A stretch of 63,494 nt of DNA, the filler included, from Octopus bimaculoides (taxonomy: Eukaryota), in the NCBI RefSeq assembly GCF_001194135.2. It is 10 parts of 9 records of this genome, joined end to end, with 100 filler letters (N's around TTAATTAATTAA, not from the genome) between each part and the next. Parts side by side here need not be neighbours in the genome. Positions count along the whole stretch, not along the records: positions 1 to 4,364 come from NC_068990.1; positions 4,465 to 27,720 come from NC_068993.1; 8 more parts are not named here. One strand, given 5' to 3'. Positions 1-13,271 of the stretch are shown piece by piece. The number at the start of each line of letters is the position of its first letter. Within the stretch, counting starts at the first letter, position 1. The notes under the pieces were generated by a model. That model did no database searches, was not told the origin of the DNA, and worked only from the letters and a program-made list of their open reading frames with translations. A program made the position numbers and the translations under genes.

Positions 1-1168
1 TATATATATATATATATGCATAGTCAAATATTGATGTTGAACTTGGACTAATCATAAGAAATGCTATAATATTGCTTCTTTCATTTATGAGAAAAGATGT
101 ATAGGAAGAAAGATAAAAATAAGAACTCTCGCACACACACACACACAAACAAACACAGTGGCACGCGTATATGTATAATACATGAGCACATACATAAGTG
201 TATGTGTACATTCATAGTAATACACATATACAAACTTACAGTAAGTTATGTTTAAATATTTTGACAGATACTCTTGTTCATACACACATACATTTATTAT
301 GTTAGAATATGTTAAATTTTTATATGCATATACATAGATACATATATATCATATACATACAAATATATATATNNNNNNNNNNNNNNNNNNNNNNNNNNNN
401 NNNNNNNNNNNNNNNNNNNNNNNNNNNNNNNNNNNNNNNNNNNNNNNNNNNNNNNNNNNNNNNNNNNNNNNNATATATATATATATATATATAGACACAT
501 GCATACACATACATTTACACATACATACGCGAACGTGCACACTCACACACATACACACTCACACACACACACACACACACACACATGATAAAACATGAAA
601 GTCAAACAATGCGACTCTATAGAAATTACACCTTTCAACATATAGAGTTGTTGTGTGTTCTCAATGTTCGTGGGTAGTGGAGTTGGCGGTGGTGGCTATG
701 GTGGGCGTGGTGGTTGTCGTGATGGTGATGGTTATTAGTGATGGCAATACTTGCACTGTTGTTATTATTTGTTGTGGTGTTGCTCATTTAAGTAGAAATG
801 TTAGTATGGGTGGTTGTACTCGTGGTTATTTCAACACCAATTAAGCGTAGGCCTTTGAGCAAAACTCTTGCGATTTTACACTATTCTTTATTTTCCGTAA
901 GTAGGGGAAACCCTCATTATTTCGCGTGTTCTTTTTCAAAAACTTAGAACGTGAATTGTAGTAGATTCTGCTGCTATTTCTAGCAGGTCCACCGATCTCA
1001 TATTGGTATACTGGTTGCCCCGAGTTAGTGATTAGTGACGTTGTTCGTTTGAGATAGGCTGCGCGAGTGTGAGGAGTGATGAAAATGTTGTGGTAGTAGT
1101 AGTAGAGGTGGTGGCTATGGTTGTTAATGACCGTTGAGGTGGTCAAGAGGAGAGGTGGTGTTTGATGT

Positions 1169-1298
1169 TACTTACTTTATCGACCGCGAAAAGAGGAAAG
1201 GCAAAGTCGAACTCGGCGGAATTTGAACTCAGAACGTAAAGACGGACGAAGTGCTAGTAAGCACTTTGCATGGCGTTTTAACGACTCTGCCAGCTCGC
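1169..1298 (-). mobile_element. tRNA-derived SINE, family B, partial
   Basis: Shares the block tttatcgacc..gaaag..aaggcaaagtcga..tcggcggaatttgaactcagaacgtaaagac with the copies at ~8605, ~28776 and ~57210; the + strand gaatttgaact reads as B-box-like agttcaaattc on the minus strand. Confidence 0.75.
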
Positions 1299-1444
1299 AG
1301 CATTCACAGGGGGATAAATATCAAGTAATACAACAAAAACCAAAATCCACCCCCGGTTTTAGCTCACAACCACCACACCACTCATTGACAACTACCAATT
1401 CGACAATCATAACAATTTGCTTTTCTATTATCACTTCAGAACTG

Positions 1445-1655
1445 CCAAAATTGTTACTGCGTCGGACAAAATGCTCAGTGGTACTTCGTTCGTCTTTACG
1501 TTCTGAGTTCAAATTCTGCCGTGGTCGACTTTGAATTTCATCCTTTCATGGATAGCGTAGTAATTAAGTAGCAGTTAAGCAACGGGACTCCATGTAATCG
1601 ATTGTCTCTCTCTCCCTAAGAATTCAGGCCGTGTGCTTATATCAGAAAGTATTAT
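1445..1655 (+). mobile_element. tRNA-derived SINE, family B
   Basis: Contains gtctttacgttctgagttcaaattc..gtcgactttg..tttcatcctttc..atgtaatcgat; it is the inverted partner of 1169-1298. Confidence 0.75.
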
Positions 1656-2292
1656 TACCAGACAAATACTACTGCCACTACTCCTAACTCCCCCCTCCCC
1701 ATCCCCCAGCACTGCTATAATCACCTTAATTCACACTGGTTATACACAGGTCACACATCCACCACTACCTTAATGAGTGCTATAAACAGAATTGTCGTTG
1801 CACTTTTCACCACCTTAATATTAGTTACTTCATAAGCCGCGTTTTGATGCCCACTTCTAATTATTTAATTTCATTCACGTCATTAACATCCTTGAGTTGA
1901 TATCTCATTATTCCTTTAAAGAAAACTGGAGGGAGGAGGAAGCCCCTGCAAAAGATATTACATCGATATCTATATTACAATCATCAAAACCAGTTTCAGT
2001 TTACATTCGAAGAAATCTGAATCAACGATTTCATCACACCGTCACCGCAAATACTATCTTCTCAACAGTACTTCATCTACCTACATCACTACCACTACAA
2101 CCAAATGAACCACCATCTCATCTCCCATTTCAACTACCACACACCTCCACCACACCTTTGTTTATACAGGATATTTTGTCTTGGTAGAAAAAATATATTT
2201 GTAGTGTTTTTTTTTTTTTTCTCATCATTAATATATATTAACAAAAGAAACTGATGTTATTATTGTTATTCTGCTACTATTGATGATGATAA

Positions 2293-2312
2293 ATGATGAT
2301 GATGATGATGAC

Positions 2313-2353
<41 letters not shown>

Positions 2354-2395
2354 CGATGATGATGATGATGACGACGACGAGGACGACGACGACGT
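2293..2395. repeat. (GAT)n/(GAC)n microsatellite
   Basis: Direct reading. Many similar simple repeats (TA, CA, GA, TAGA, TATG, AAT, CTT) occur throughout the window and explain most long ORF-track entries. Confidence 0.97.
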
Positions 2396-3351
2396 AGTAT
2401 CATGGCTCATTCATGTAGGGAATTGTTGACAGATGTATCCAGGTATAAGTGGCTTATCTCGTTATCCCTTGACTTAAATTTGTCCAGATATAGTTTGAAG
2501 GGAATGGAATCTTTTCTTTGATTTGTTTTGGGATAACGTTAACTAGAGCAGAGCCTGTTGAGGAAAAGAAATTATGTTGCAGTGTTATGAGTCTGGGAGC
2601 ATATGACATATGGTCCCATCTTTGGATGAATTCTGACTCTAATATTAAGGTCATTTGGGTAATGCTGGTCGTATGTTCTCGACATTGTACAAATGACGTA
2701 GCGCTCAGGGCAGCGCTGGAGAGAATAAAGATTCAAAGATTTAATTAAGGTGGTTCGAATAATCAAGATCAGTCATCGCCTTTAATGTTTTTTACTTTAA
2801 TTTTGCTTCTTTTCTTTGCTTGTTAATGGCTGCATAAAGGCTCGTAGTCTGGTGTATTGTTACTTGTAGTAGTGTAGTATAGTGCAATTGTGTAGGCAGG
2901 TTATAGTACAAGGACTACTATACACCGCCATATTTACTTGTGTTTGAATCTACCGTCATTTAGCGATGGTGGTGGTGGTGGTTGTGGTGGTGGTGGTGGT
3001 GGTATTGGTGGAGCAGGTTAGTGTTGGTGATTATTGGTAAAAAATGGAGAGATGAAAATTTCGTAACGGTTGGCAAAGGGTTCAGAAAATGGAAAGAATA
3101 ATACAATATATTCACACACTCATACACTACAAGAGCCATGGTAAGATATTAGAATGAAAAGTCTCTAATCTTAGTTCGAATACACAAGAACCCAATGGTG
3201 ACAATGTATCTAAATGTCTTCAAAACAATCGCTTGTTTAGCTTACTTCAATAAAATCCTCAGACAGGCGATTGAAATGCATTCTTCTCACAATTGCTGGA
3301 AGTAGGTACGTTTCCATCGATATACTTGATTCTACAAACAATTGCTACCGA

Positions 3352-3352
3352 C

Positions 3353-3402
<50 letters not shown>

Positions 3403-3403
3403 A

Positions 3404-3471
<68 letters not shown>

Positions 3472-3472
3472 A

Positions 3473-3527
<55 letters not shown>

Positions 3528-3695
3528 CGTTGTTGCTACTCTTGTTGTAACTGTTGTTGTTGCTGTTGTTGAGGACAACGATAATGATGACGACGACGAT
3601 GACAACGACGGTGTAGATGATGATGATGATTATGATGACGACAATGACGACGATGACGACGACGATGGTGAGGATGATGATGATGATGATGATGC
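3352..3695. repeat. Compound (TAG)n/(CAG)n/(GAT)n microsatellite
   Basis: Direct reading; source of the poly-V/A/D and poly-S ORFs. Confidence 0.95.
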
Positions 3696-4302
3696 TATTG
3701 TCACCGGTTCCTTCAGTTCTTCATAACTTTCGTTTTTTGCTGACACTTAAATTGCCATTGTAATTAATTTTGTTTTTATCACTGCAGCTGTTTTTTTCCA
3801 TTATGCTGTTTGCTGTTATTTTTATATATCTCTGGTGAGTTCTTTTTCTTTTTAACTTTTTTTTCCTGATGTTTCTCTTGGTAATGTTTACATTTATTTT
3901 TGTTTTTCAAATTGTCATGATCGTCATAATACTTGTAGTTGTTGTTGTTGCTGCTGTTGCTGTTATAATGCCATTTATTGTTTTAAATTCGTGAGGAATA
4001 TCTAATTTAAAAGAATAAAAATTAAGTAAACAAATATTTTGATACTTTTCCTCCTCGGTCGTCTCTAAGACTTTATACTTCGAAATATCTAATTTTCAGC
4101 CAGATTGAGAAGGGGCATAGAGATGAGCCAACAAATGGGTGAAGATGGGGAAGACACAGTTAAGGGATGGTGATGGTTTATACATGTATATAAATGTGTA
4201 TACGAGTGTATATAAATATGAGTGTGTGTATTTATATAATTATGTATGTAAGTGTAAGTATATGTATACTTATATATATATGTATGTATTAATAAGTTAA
4301 TA

Positions 4303-4364
<62 letters not shown>

Positions 4365-4464
4365 NNNNNNNNNNNNNNNNNNNNNNNNNNNNNNNNNNNN
4401 NNNNNNNNTTAATTAATTAANNNNNNNNNNNNNNNNNNNNNNNNNNNNNNNNNNNNNNNNNNNN
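4365..4464. other. Artificial scaffold spacer N44-TTAATTAATTAA-N44 (first of nine)
   Basis: Identical 100-bp structure with the 12-mer at 4409, 27765, 33059, 38940, 41623, 54473, 56957, 58808 and 61012; the 12-mer has stop codons in all six frames. Confidence 0.97.
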
Positions 4465-4520
4465 AGTGAAGTGAAAGCACGTTATAAAAATAAAACTACT
4501 GAATAATAATAATAATAATA

Positions 4521-4678
4521 TGGTTTCTTAAACATTCACTTGAACAAAACTGTACAAATCCAAATATATGGTACCCTAGGCATAACACCTACATGAACTT
4601 CTAACTTGTTGTCTCTTGAGGTCTCTGGGTGAGACTTGGATCCAACTTGTACAAATGCAAAACAAAAATCAAACATAA

Positions 4679-4741
<63 letters not shown>
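4521..4741 (+). mobile_element. Short (TAA)n-tailed element, probable 3' UTR of a 5'-truncated R4/Dong-type LINE
   Basis: About 157 bp bounded by TAA arrays (4502-4520 and 4678-4741), with hairpin AGGTCTC-TGGGT-GAGACTT at 4619-4637. Family assignment is inference. Confidence 0.5.
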
Positions 4742-4742
<1 letters not shown>

Positions 4743-5284
4743 GCCCTGATGCAGTACAATCACTGGTTCACATGGCTACTTATCTTGACTGGCTGGAAGT
4801 GCTATCATGTACATTCTATTGTCTTGGTATAAAAGATAGGCTACAGTAAATATTCTACTCAATACCAAAGATTTGCTCGTCAGTTGTTTAACGGTAACAA
4901 GTTGAGCATGTTCCTTTGTAGCTGATGATATGGGCATCTCTGATAACGGGTAGAAGTTGTGTGGGAGCATTCTAGCCATGTGTTGAGAGGAATTCTTTGG
5001 AGTTTGGATAAGTCACATCTGGAATTATCGGTTTCGTTCAACATTCTTGAACAGCCCTTATTCAGGGAACTTTTGAGCAGAATGGGCTATTCGACCTCAA
5101 GAAAATTCTAACTGGGCCCCACCTGCGAGGTCATGCGCTATTTATCTTGATATGAGAACATGTCGCGCACATACGGTTGTGATGCATGTGCTTGGTGTAC
5201 CCTTATCGGACGGGTAGCCATGATGGGTATGTTGGGCTTCGTACATTTTACCCCTGCATTGCTCTCTCACTCAATAATAATGAC

Positions 5285-5382
<98 letters not shown>

Positions 5383-5383
<1 letters not shown>

Positions 5384-7080
5384 TCGATACGAGAAATCAG
5401 CTACTGGTTCAAATCTTCCCGATTCACAGGTGGTGGGAGTATCCCTCAACCAGAATATTCCAACATATAGCCATCCATGCCCGTCATCAAACAACCAAAA
5501 GTAAAAGAATGAAAAATGGTCTAGGGAAGATAATAAAGAAGTTCTTACGGCCTTCTACCATGCCATATATTTCCCCACAAATAAATCTAATACTGTACAA
5601 ACCTACTAAAACTGGAGACAGAAACACCTTGAAGTAAGACCCTACATAGACGGTAACAAACTTGCCAACGTCAGAAGAAACATTATGAAAAAAAATTACT
5701 AACTGAAGTAGAAATTGACCAAACTAAACAAACAGTAAGGAACGAAGCTGCAGCTAACGAAGATACTACAAAGGAAATAGTTATAGACCAGCCTAGGGCT
5801 GATGAAAATGCAATAGTGATTGAAAGAGTTAATGTAACTGATAGGCAAAGTGAAATACTCTCTGAACCAACCAGAAACACTAATGCAGGTGAAAATCAAA
5901 TAGATGAAGGAAGTCACACAGACATTGACCCAACAGAACTACATTATCTAAAATATCAAATCATGTTTTAATGGCTGAAAATTAAAGAAACCAGTATGAA
6001 TGAACGTGATACTCTCTCAAAAATTAGCAATTTTAACCAAACCTGAAAATAATTGGTAAAATTCGCCTTTCACTTAAGGATATAATTTCAGCTAATGATG
6101 TTGATATTACAGATCTCAACTACGAGTACAATGCATCCGCGAAAATCTTAACAATTCTATGTGGTGAAAAGATTAGAAAACGACAACATTCCCACAAAAA
6201 GACTTCTTGGCAAGAGCGTATTCCACACCAAATTAAGCTGCTTAGATCTGACATAGAATGTTTGAAAATCCTTAAGTTTAATAACAAGACTATCAAACCT
6301 ACAAAAACCCGAAAATTAAAGAAAAGAAATAAGAAAACCATATTTGACATTGATACCGCCATAGAAACCACCAAGCAAATGATATGTGCTAAAGCTTCCC
6401 ACATAGCAAGGTATGAAAAGTGCGTTAGATTCTTCAAGGACAACATGTCCAAAAATAACCCAAAGAATTTTTACAGGAAGATAGGGAAAATACCAGTTAC
6501 AATAAAGTCTGTCCCATCAAAAGAAGGAATTTCGGAATAAAATTTGGGCAGAAGAAGAAACACAGAATGAAAAGGCCCCTTGGATTGATAGAATAACTAG
6601 ATTGATAGAATATCTACAGGTTAATAGAATATCTACAGATTGATAGAATATCTACAGTCAAGATAGAAGATATAAGATCTACTCTCAGGAGGTCAAGCAA
6701 ATGGAAGTCTCCAGGAAAGGATAAAATTCCTAACTTCTGATTGAATGACTTCCCAGAGAGCCATGAACTGTTAACAAAATTTTACAACGATGTTTTGCAA
6801 CATCCTAGTATGATCCCTTCTTGGCTAGTTAATGGTTTAACCTTCCTTCTTCCAGAAAATTAAGGAACAAATGAACCAAAATATTACCGACTCATGACCT
6901 GCTTAGCAACAATATAGAAAACGCTAACACTTGTCCTGACTGAATATACCAATAGTTTTTTAATAGAAAGTGGCATATTCCCTAATGAGCAAAAAAGGAT
7001 GTAAATGTGGAACTTATGGTTGTAAAGTTCAGCTACTCATCAATAAGATGATCTAAGAAGATTGTCACAAATCAAAAAAT
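5383..7080 (+). mobile_element. Decayed R4/Dong-type (RLE-class) non-LTR retrotransposon, 5' portion
   Basis: Interrupted reading gives KWSREDNKEVLTAFYHA (N-terminal), AKASHIARYEKCVRFFKDN..NNPKNFYRKIG, WKSPGKDKIPNF*L, EPKYYRLMTCL and EQKGCKCGTYGCKVQLLINKMI*ED (early RT motifs). It begins directly after (AAT)n and has many stops and frameshifts. Confidence 0.8.
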
Positions 7081-7504
7081 AAAGTGGCGTAATGTTTTCA
7101 GTTTGCAAAATTTCACTCGCAGGTTATTTGTCTGACCAAAGATATTGAACATCCACACAAGGTGTCAACGTACGACAGTTTTCCTAATCACATGTTTAGC
7201 GTATCATTTTCTAGGCACAGACGAATCATTGAATATAAATATGTATACACATGTATCTACATATACATAAATATATACAGGGAAATATAATCGGGCGTTC
7301 GAGCCTGAGGAGCTAGGTTCTACTTATATCATTCAACTAAGGTAGTAGTTGAATAATATTCTTAAGGACGCAGTTTACTCAGATGCAGCATCTTTCTAAG
7401 CTTGTCGCTAATTCAGTTCGTAACCAAATTGAAAACTATCGATAGTGTTGAACAGGACTGGTTCCTAGCTACATTTTGGCATAGCCTGGAAGAAACATGG
7501 GTTA

Positions 7505-8366
7505 CATGGAAAAATGCGAGCAAGATAAATAATATTCTTAAGATTGCAAACCTGGAAAAATTACAGGACAAGTTATTAGTCATGTAAAAGTTCACGACAA
7601 CTTATTATATCTTGTAAAGTACAGAAAAAGAAAATTTTTACTTTAAATTTTGAAGCTAAGGATAAAATTTGAATATTAAAAATTATTTGATTTTAATTTA
7701 CAAAGTAACATTATAATTAAAAAAAGTACCATCATTTTGTTAAAATATTGACACACTAGAATACTTAAAAATGAAAGATAGCTAAGGTTCTATGCAAAGT
7801 AGTAGAGTATATATGGTAGGCAAATTCATTATGTAAAAAAATAAGCATTGGGTCAAGAATACAAATGTGAAGTTTGGCAATAACTTAGGCAATAACTGAA
7901 GCAAATTTTACTGTGAATTTGTTGTTATAGGTAGATTTTACAGTAATATAAGACCAATTTTTGTATTATTCTATTTATTGTACTAACTAATTATGTACTA
8001 CTATTATTTCTTATAACGTATTTTCAAACTTCTATTTAATAAGTAATAATTCAAAAAATGAATTGCATTTAAAGTGCAAAATATATCTTGAGTTAAGTTT
8101 TCATTTTCAAAAGAAGTAACAAGTAATAACAAATAGAAGTAATAACTTGTAATAATATCTTTAGTTTTAATATAAGCTAAAATTTTCTAAATCTAACTAT
8201 TTTATTTGAAACTGCATCCTTAGCTGCAATATTTTAAGTAAACATTTATCTTGTTCTGTACTTTACCACTTGTAATAAGTTGTTCTGAACCTTTCCAAGT
8301 GTAATAACTAGTCCTGTAATTTTGCAGGTTTTATAACCTTAGGAATATTATTTTCTTGCTTCCATG
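7505..8366. mobile_element. TA-flanked foldback/MITE with long imperfect TIRs
   Basis: TA|CATGGA....TCCATG|TA. Left arm (gcaagataaataatattcttaag..aaattacaggacaagttatt..gtaaagtacagaa..gctaaggat) matches the reverse complement of ~8170-8366 over at least 200 bp. Confidence 0.75.
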
Positions 8367-8433
<67 letters not shown>

Positions 8434-8604
8434 CCTCTCTCTGTGTGTGCGTATGTGTGTATGTGTATGTATGTGTGTGCGTGTGCTTATGTGCATGTGT
8501 GTGCGTGTGTGTATGCGTGTACATGTGCATGCGTTTATGATCGTGCATGAGTGTTTGTGTATCGCTTCCTACAGTTATACTTTACTATCTCTCTGTTCTC
8601 AGTC

Positions 8605-8805
8605 ACCGAGCTAGCAAGATCATTAGCACAACATACAAAATGCCAAGTGGCATTTCGTTCTTCTTTAAACTCCCAGCTGAAACTCCGCCGAGGTCGACTT
8701 TGTCTTTCATCCTTTCGGGGTCGATAAAATAAGTATCAGTCTGCCTCTGGGGTGATGTAGTCGGCTTACAACTTCTGCTGAATTCTCTAGTCCTATGCCA
8801 AAATA
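8605..8805 (+). mobile_element. SINE family B
   Basis: Contains ccgccgaggtcgactttgtctttcatcctttcggggtcgataaaataagta, shared with other copies. Confidence 0.8.
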
Positions 8806-10030
8806 CAGACACACACACACACACACACACACTCACACACACCACATATATATATATGCAGACAATCACACACAAGCAGATGAACATACAAAAGTCAGAG
8901 TGAGACAAACAAACATTTGTATATACAAATAGATTTCGAGTTAGATCTTGTCAAAGAACAATCCATGTCTCTTTCTACATATATTTTCATAGTTATATGT
9001 GTATGTATCTATATATTTATATATCTATATGGCAATCCATTCGTGTATCTATTTACATATGCATACATATATATATGTGTGTGTGTATGAATATGTGTGT
9101 ACACATGTGTGTTTGTGTGTGTATTTGTGTGCGTGTGTGTGTATGTGTGGACAAATACATCCGTACATCCATGCATATGCAGGTTTATGCAAAGCCGGAT
9201 ACTCAGACACCCACGTCAAAGTTTGGTTATTTTTAAACTAACTGAATACATACAAGGAAAAAAAAAACAGTTGTTGCTTTGAGATGGTTGGTATAAAATA
9301 AAATGATTTAATGTGGTTTTAATAAATTTATGTTTATGACCTGCAAATAAATTTATGTTTATGACCTGCAAACATCACAAATCAATAACACAATCCACAT
9401 CCTACACACAACTTATTTCGCCCACACAATATAAACTTTCATGTGGAGAAATACCACGTACCATACTCAGCGTCTTTTTAATCTCATTGATGTGTGTAAA
9501 TGCGCGTCTCTCTTACACAATACATTTTTCTACGTCTCTGGCTGCATATATGTTCTTGTGTCTGTGTGTGCGCCTCTGCGCATGAAGATGTGTATTTATG
9601 CTGCATCTTAGTTTTTAAAACACTACTAACATATGTATATGTTTCTGTTTATGCAACTCTCTCTCTTTTTATCTCTCTCTATCTCTCTGTCTCTCTGTCT
9701 CTGTATGTCTGTCTCTCTGTCTCTGTATGTCTGTTTCTCTGTCTCTGTATGTCTGTCTCTCTCTCTCTCTCTTTCACATACTCACAAACACAGAGACATG
9801 CGTGCACTCATATACGTGTTTAGATATGCGTGTATATATACAAACGTATAAGTATATATGTACGTGGATACATACATGCACATTTATATGTATTTACATG
9901 TGTCTAAATGTGTGTGAGGATGTGTGTGCATATGAATATATGAGCAGATGTGTAGTACTGTATCTATGGAAATAATATGAAAGTATGTATATGAGTATTA
10001 CGAAGTTTGGAGGGGTGAATCGAAAAATTT

Positions 10031-10079
<49 letters not shown>

Positions 10080-11559
10080 GTGAAGACTATATAAGTAACA
10101 TACATCGTTGTCTTTATACTTGGTGTTATTGCTCTTTAGCCCTAGGTTAAAATTAATTCGTTGGCATATAATCAAAATCCGTCCACAACATTCCAATGCT
10201 ATACTCTAAGATTAGTGAGAAAGTTTTGCTGTTATTTTTAGTATATGTATTGGTTGTTACTGGCACGATCTGATAGTCAACATAATATGAAGGCGTGACG
10301 CATGTGTAATAACGTTCACATCGTTTATATTTAGATACATGTAAGAGTAATTGGCAGAATGTTCTACATGTTCAAATATGTTTTATTTCTTATCTACATA
10401 TTTTGATGTATGTATGTATGTATGTATGTTCTTCCCTTTCTCTTTTTAGTTTAGAGTGAATTTTGACCGACCACTTACGTGGTAGCAAGGTTGTGACTGA
10501 AAGAATCTGGTTTTTACCAGTGTCCATTAATTCGTAAGAAGGACTTGCAAATTTTTATTGAACCAGATATCGTTGCCGTTTGTAGAATATAGATTTGTAG
10601 CCTCTGCACAAGGTTCCTGTTTCAACCATACATGCGCCAAACGGGATGGTATGTATCATTTTGATCCACAAATAGGCATGAAGCTGAAAGTGTAACTTGA
10701 ATGCTGGATGTGAAAACTCCTCAGTAATCTATAGATGTCCTCTTTATCTTGATGTGTGACACCATATTTGTTTCCAGAGGGCAGCTGATTTCCACAACAG
10801 AAAGTGTATGTATGTATTTAAGTATACCGTGCTTTTGTATATAGTGTGTTCTAGCTAAACATGGCTTTTTTTATAACTCCTTTTTTCATGAACAGCTTGT
10901 TATACAGTAATCCACATCGCTGTTCAGCTTTCGCACACTCAGTACATCGCAGATTTTTCTGGCTCATATAAGTAAATTCTTATCGCGAACTCCTCGGTAT
11001 ATCGTGGGTTTCTGCGGCAGATAGGTATTTCTAATTTTTAGATTTTAATTATTTCTGTGGTAAAATAAGCAGTTCCAAGTCTAAAAATTTATGAATTAAT
11101 AAATAAAAATAGAGCACAGTAAAATCTATTGAAAGAAAATAATATGTAGTGTACCGTAGATGAGTAAACAGAGAAACGCTCATACTGTGTGGAAAACGAA
11201 ACTCGGGAGGTGTTTGTGTGGCACTGTTTTGCATTTGTAGTAAAAGAAATATATACAAATTATAAAAATGATAAAAAATATACAGAGTACAGTACTGTTT
11301 CTATTTCGTGAATTTTCGCCTATCGCAGTGGGGTTGGGAACATAACACACGCGATAGTAGAGGGATTACTGTATTGGGGTAGAATTAGCGACGTTGGGGA
11401 GCATAAAGATTAAATCTGTAATTGAAAAAAAGTTAGCTGACATAGAGGACTGGAAGCCATCTGAATATTGGGAAAAGTGTTACAGGTATGATGATGATGA
11501 TGCGCGCTGGTAATCAAAATGTCGACTGCTGCACAATGTTCGGAGAACACTGTAAAAGT

Positions 11560-12175
11560 AGCATGACATTGACAGTTGTAACGAGGACTACGAAACTTTA
11601 GCCTGCAGGAAAGTCATTGTTGTTGGGTCTGTCTACAGTGAAAGTCTCATCTTGCCGCTCCACGTTTTGAACAAGGCCTTAGACTCAAGTGAGACGGATG
11701 CTGGAGACTGGTCAATTCCTGGCAGGAGATGGTTGCTCCTGGAAGACCATATGAGTGACAGCAGGATTCAGTTCCTTACCAAACCAGCTCATAGTGTCAG
11801 AAGTGTTTGCTGGAAAATTTCCACTGCCTCATCAGCCCCAGTTGCTGGCCTCCTAATACCCCTGATTGTAAAAACCTTGGATTACTATTTGTGTAACGTG
11901 GTTTACAAAGACACCAAGTCTGAGCAGGTTTCCAAGATCAAGGAAGTATTCAAAGATTTTATCAGTGACACAGTGAAGAGTTCATGCGTAGGTTCCTGAG
12001 ACATCTTGAGGGCGTGGAGGAAGCTAAGGGCGGCTACTTTGAGTATACTGTTATCTACCAGCAGCAATGTAATCGATATTCATCGATTTTTTAAACATAT
12101 ATTTATCTTTTTATGTACTATTGTTTATTCATTTCCTTTTATGTAAGCAATGAAATTTAGACAGAACACCGTTGT
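11560..12175 (+). mobile_element. Decayed maT/DD37D-like Tc1/mariner transposase, C-terminal part
   Basis: Frameshifted motifs QQDSVP, WPPNTPDC..LDYY and KIKEVFKDFISDTVKSSC..HLEGVEEAKG; similar to the 57817 element. Left end not defined. Confidence 0.7.
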
Positions 12176-12185
12176 ATAAATATAT

Positions 12186-13271
12186 TGTTACGAACGCCCG
12201 CACGCGAAGTACCTCGAACCGAAGAGAGAACTCGCGCGCGCGCGAACGTCGACGCTCAGTGAGTCGGGATGTTCGCCACGGCCACTAAAGCCCGACCGGA
12301 GCACGGAGCGAAGACAACAGGCAAAAGGAGGAGGAAGAAATAACACGGAGACCATACGTTGGGTAGCGGAACTAACTTTTTTCTTCTTTTTAGCAAACAA
12401 AACATTGCATCATCAATACATGGCATAACATTGCGTAACAATAAATTCAATAGCATATAACAATAGCGCATGCAACATAATCAAAGATTTACAATCATTA
12501 CATAAGCAAGAGTTCGTACATCAAGTCCATTAAAAGTTCTTTTACTTCTTTGTTTTCTTTTAAGTTAACATCACAGTTAACAGTTCTTTTAACACACGTA
12601 ACGACGAAGTACATTTTTCTTGGAAGAATATTTATACAAACCTTCACCGTAATAATTTCCTTTCTTTCAAAACTCTCACTATAATCCACAAGAAGTGACC
12701 AACCGACTACTACCATCTCTTGGCTGCCACACAATTCCATCTCTGTCCCTCTCTCTCACTGCTTCAGTCCCTATCGGCTGACTGGTTCCTTTCTCAGCCT
12801 CTGTCTGTCAGTCTCTCTGTTCATCTTCACTGGCTCTGCTGGCCTTCACATCAACTGCACATTTTCACTGGCTGACGTTCTTCATCCAACTACTGGACAT
12901 CTTCACTTCATCCAACTCCCTGGCCAACTGCTTCAGGCCAACTGCTGCGGCCAACTCCTGTCCCCAACTGCTGATACCAACTCGACTGGCCAACTTCTCG
13001 CGCCAATTCCTCTGGCCGACCGCTCGCGCCAAATCTCGCTGTCGTATTCATCACAAATACCATAGCTTTACAGTGCTACTTTACTCCCTCCCAAAGCTGG
13101 GTCAGTCCAGTACAATTCCTCACTTTTCTGAACTTTTGGTGACCGGAAAGTGTCACCGATCACTCCTACGCTAAAAATAGCTGTACTTGTTCACAAGACA
13201 AAGGAAATAACATTATCCTCAACAACCAGAATACGGTTTCAAAACCCAGCTCGGGAGATAGGGATATAACA
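12186..13271. mobile_element. Probable solo LTR
   Basis: TGTTA....TAACA termini, ~1.09 kb, GC/CpG-rich relative to flanks, non-coding, with an internal degenerate CCAACT array. No clean TSD (tatat vs ttaat). Confidence 0.55.

Noticed and set aside
3271-3726. Long poly-V/A/D, poly-S, YI/CV-repeat and X-run ORFs here and throughout the window
   Set aside because: They are translations of microsatellites or N gaps.
4409-4420. Recurring TTAATTAATTAA as a homeodomain site, CRISPR-like repeat or recombination site
   Set aside because: Always centred in exactly 44+44 N, so it is an artificial linker.
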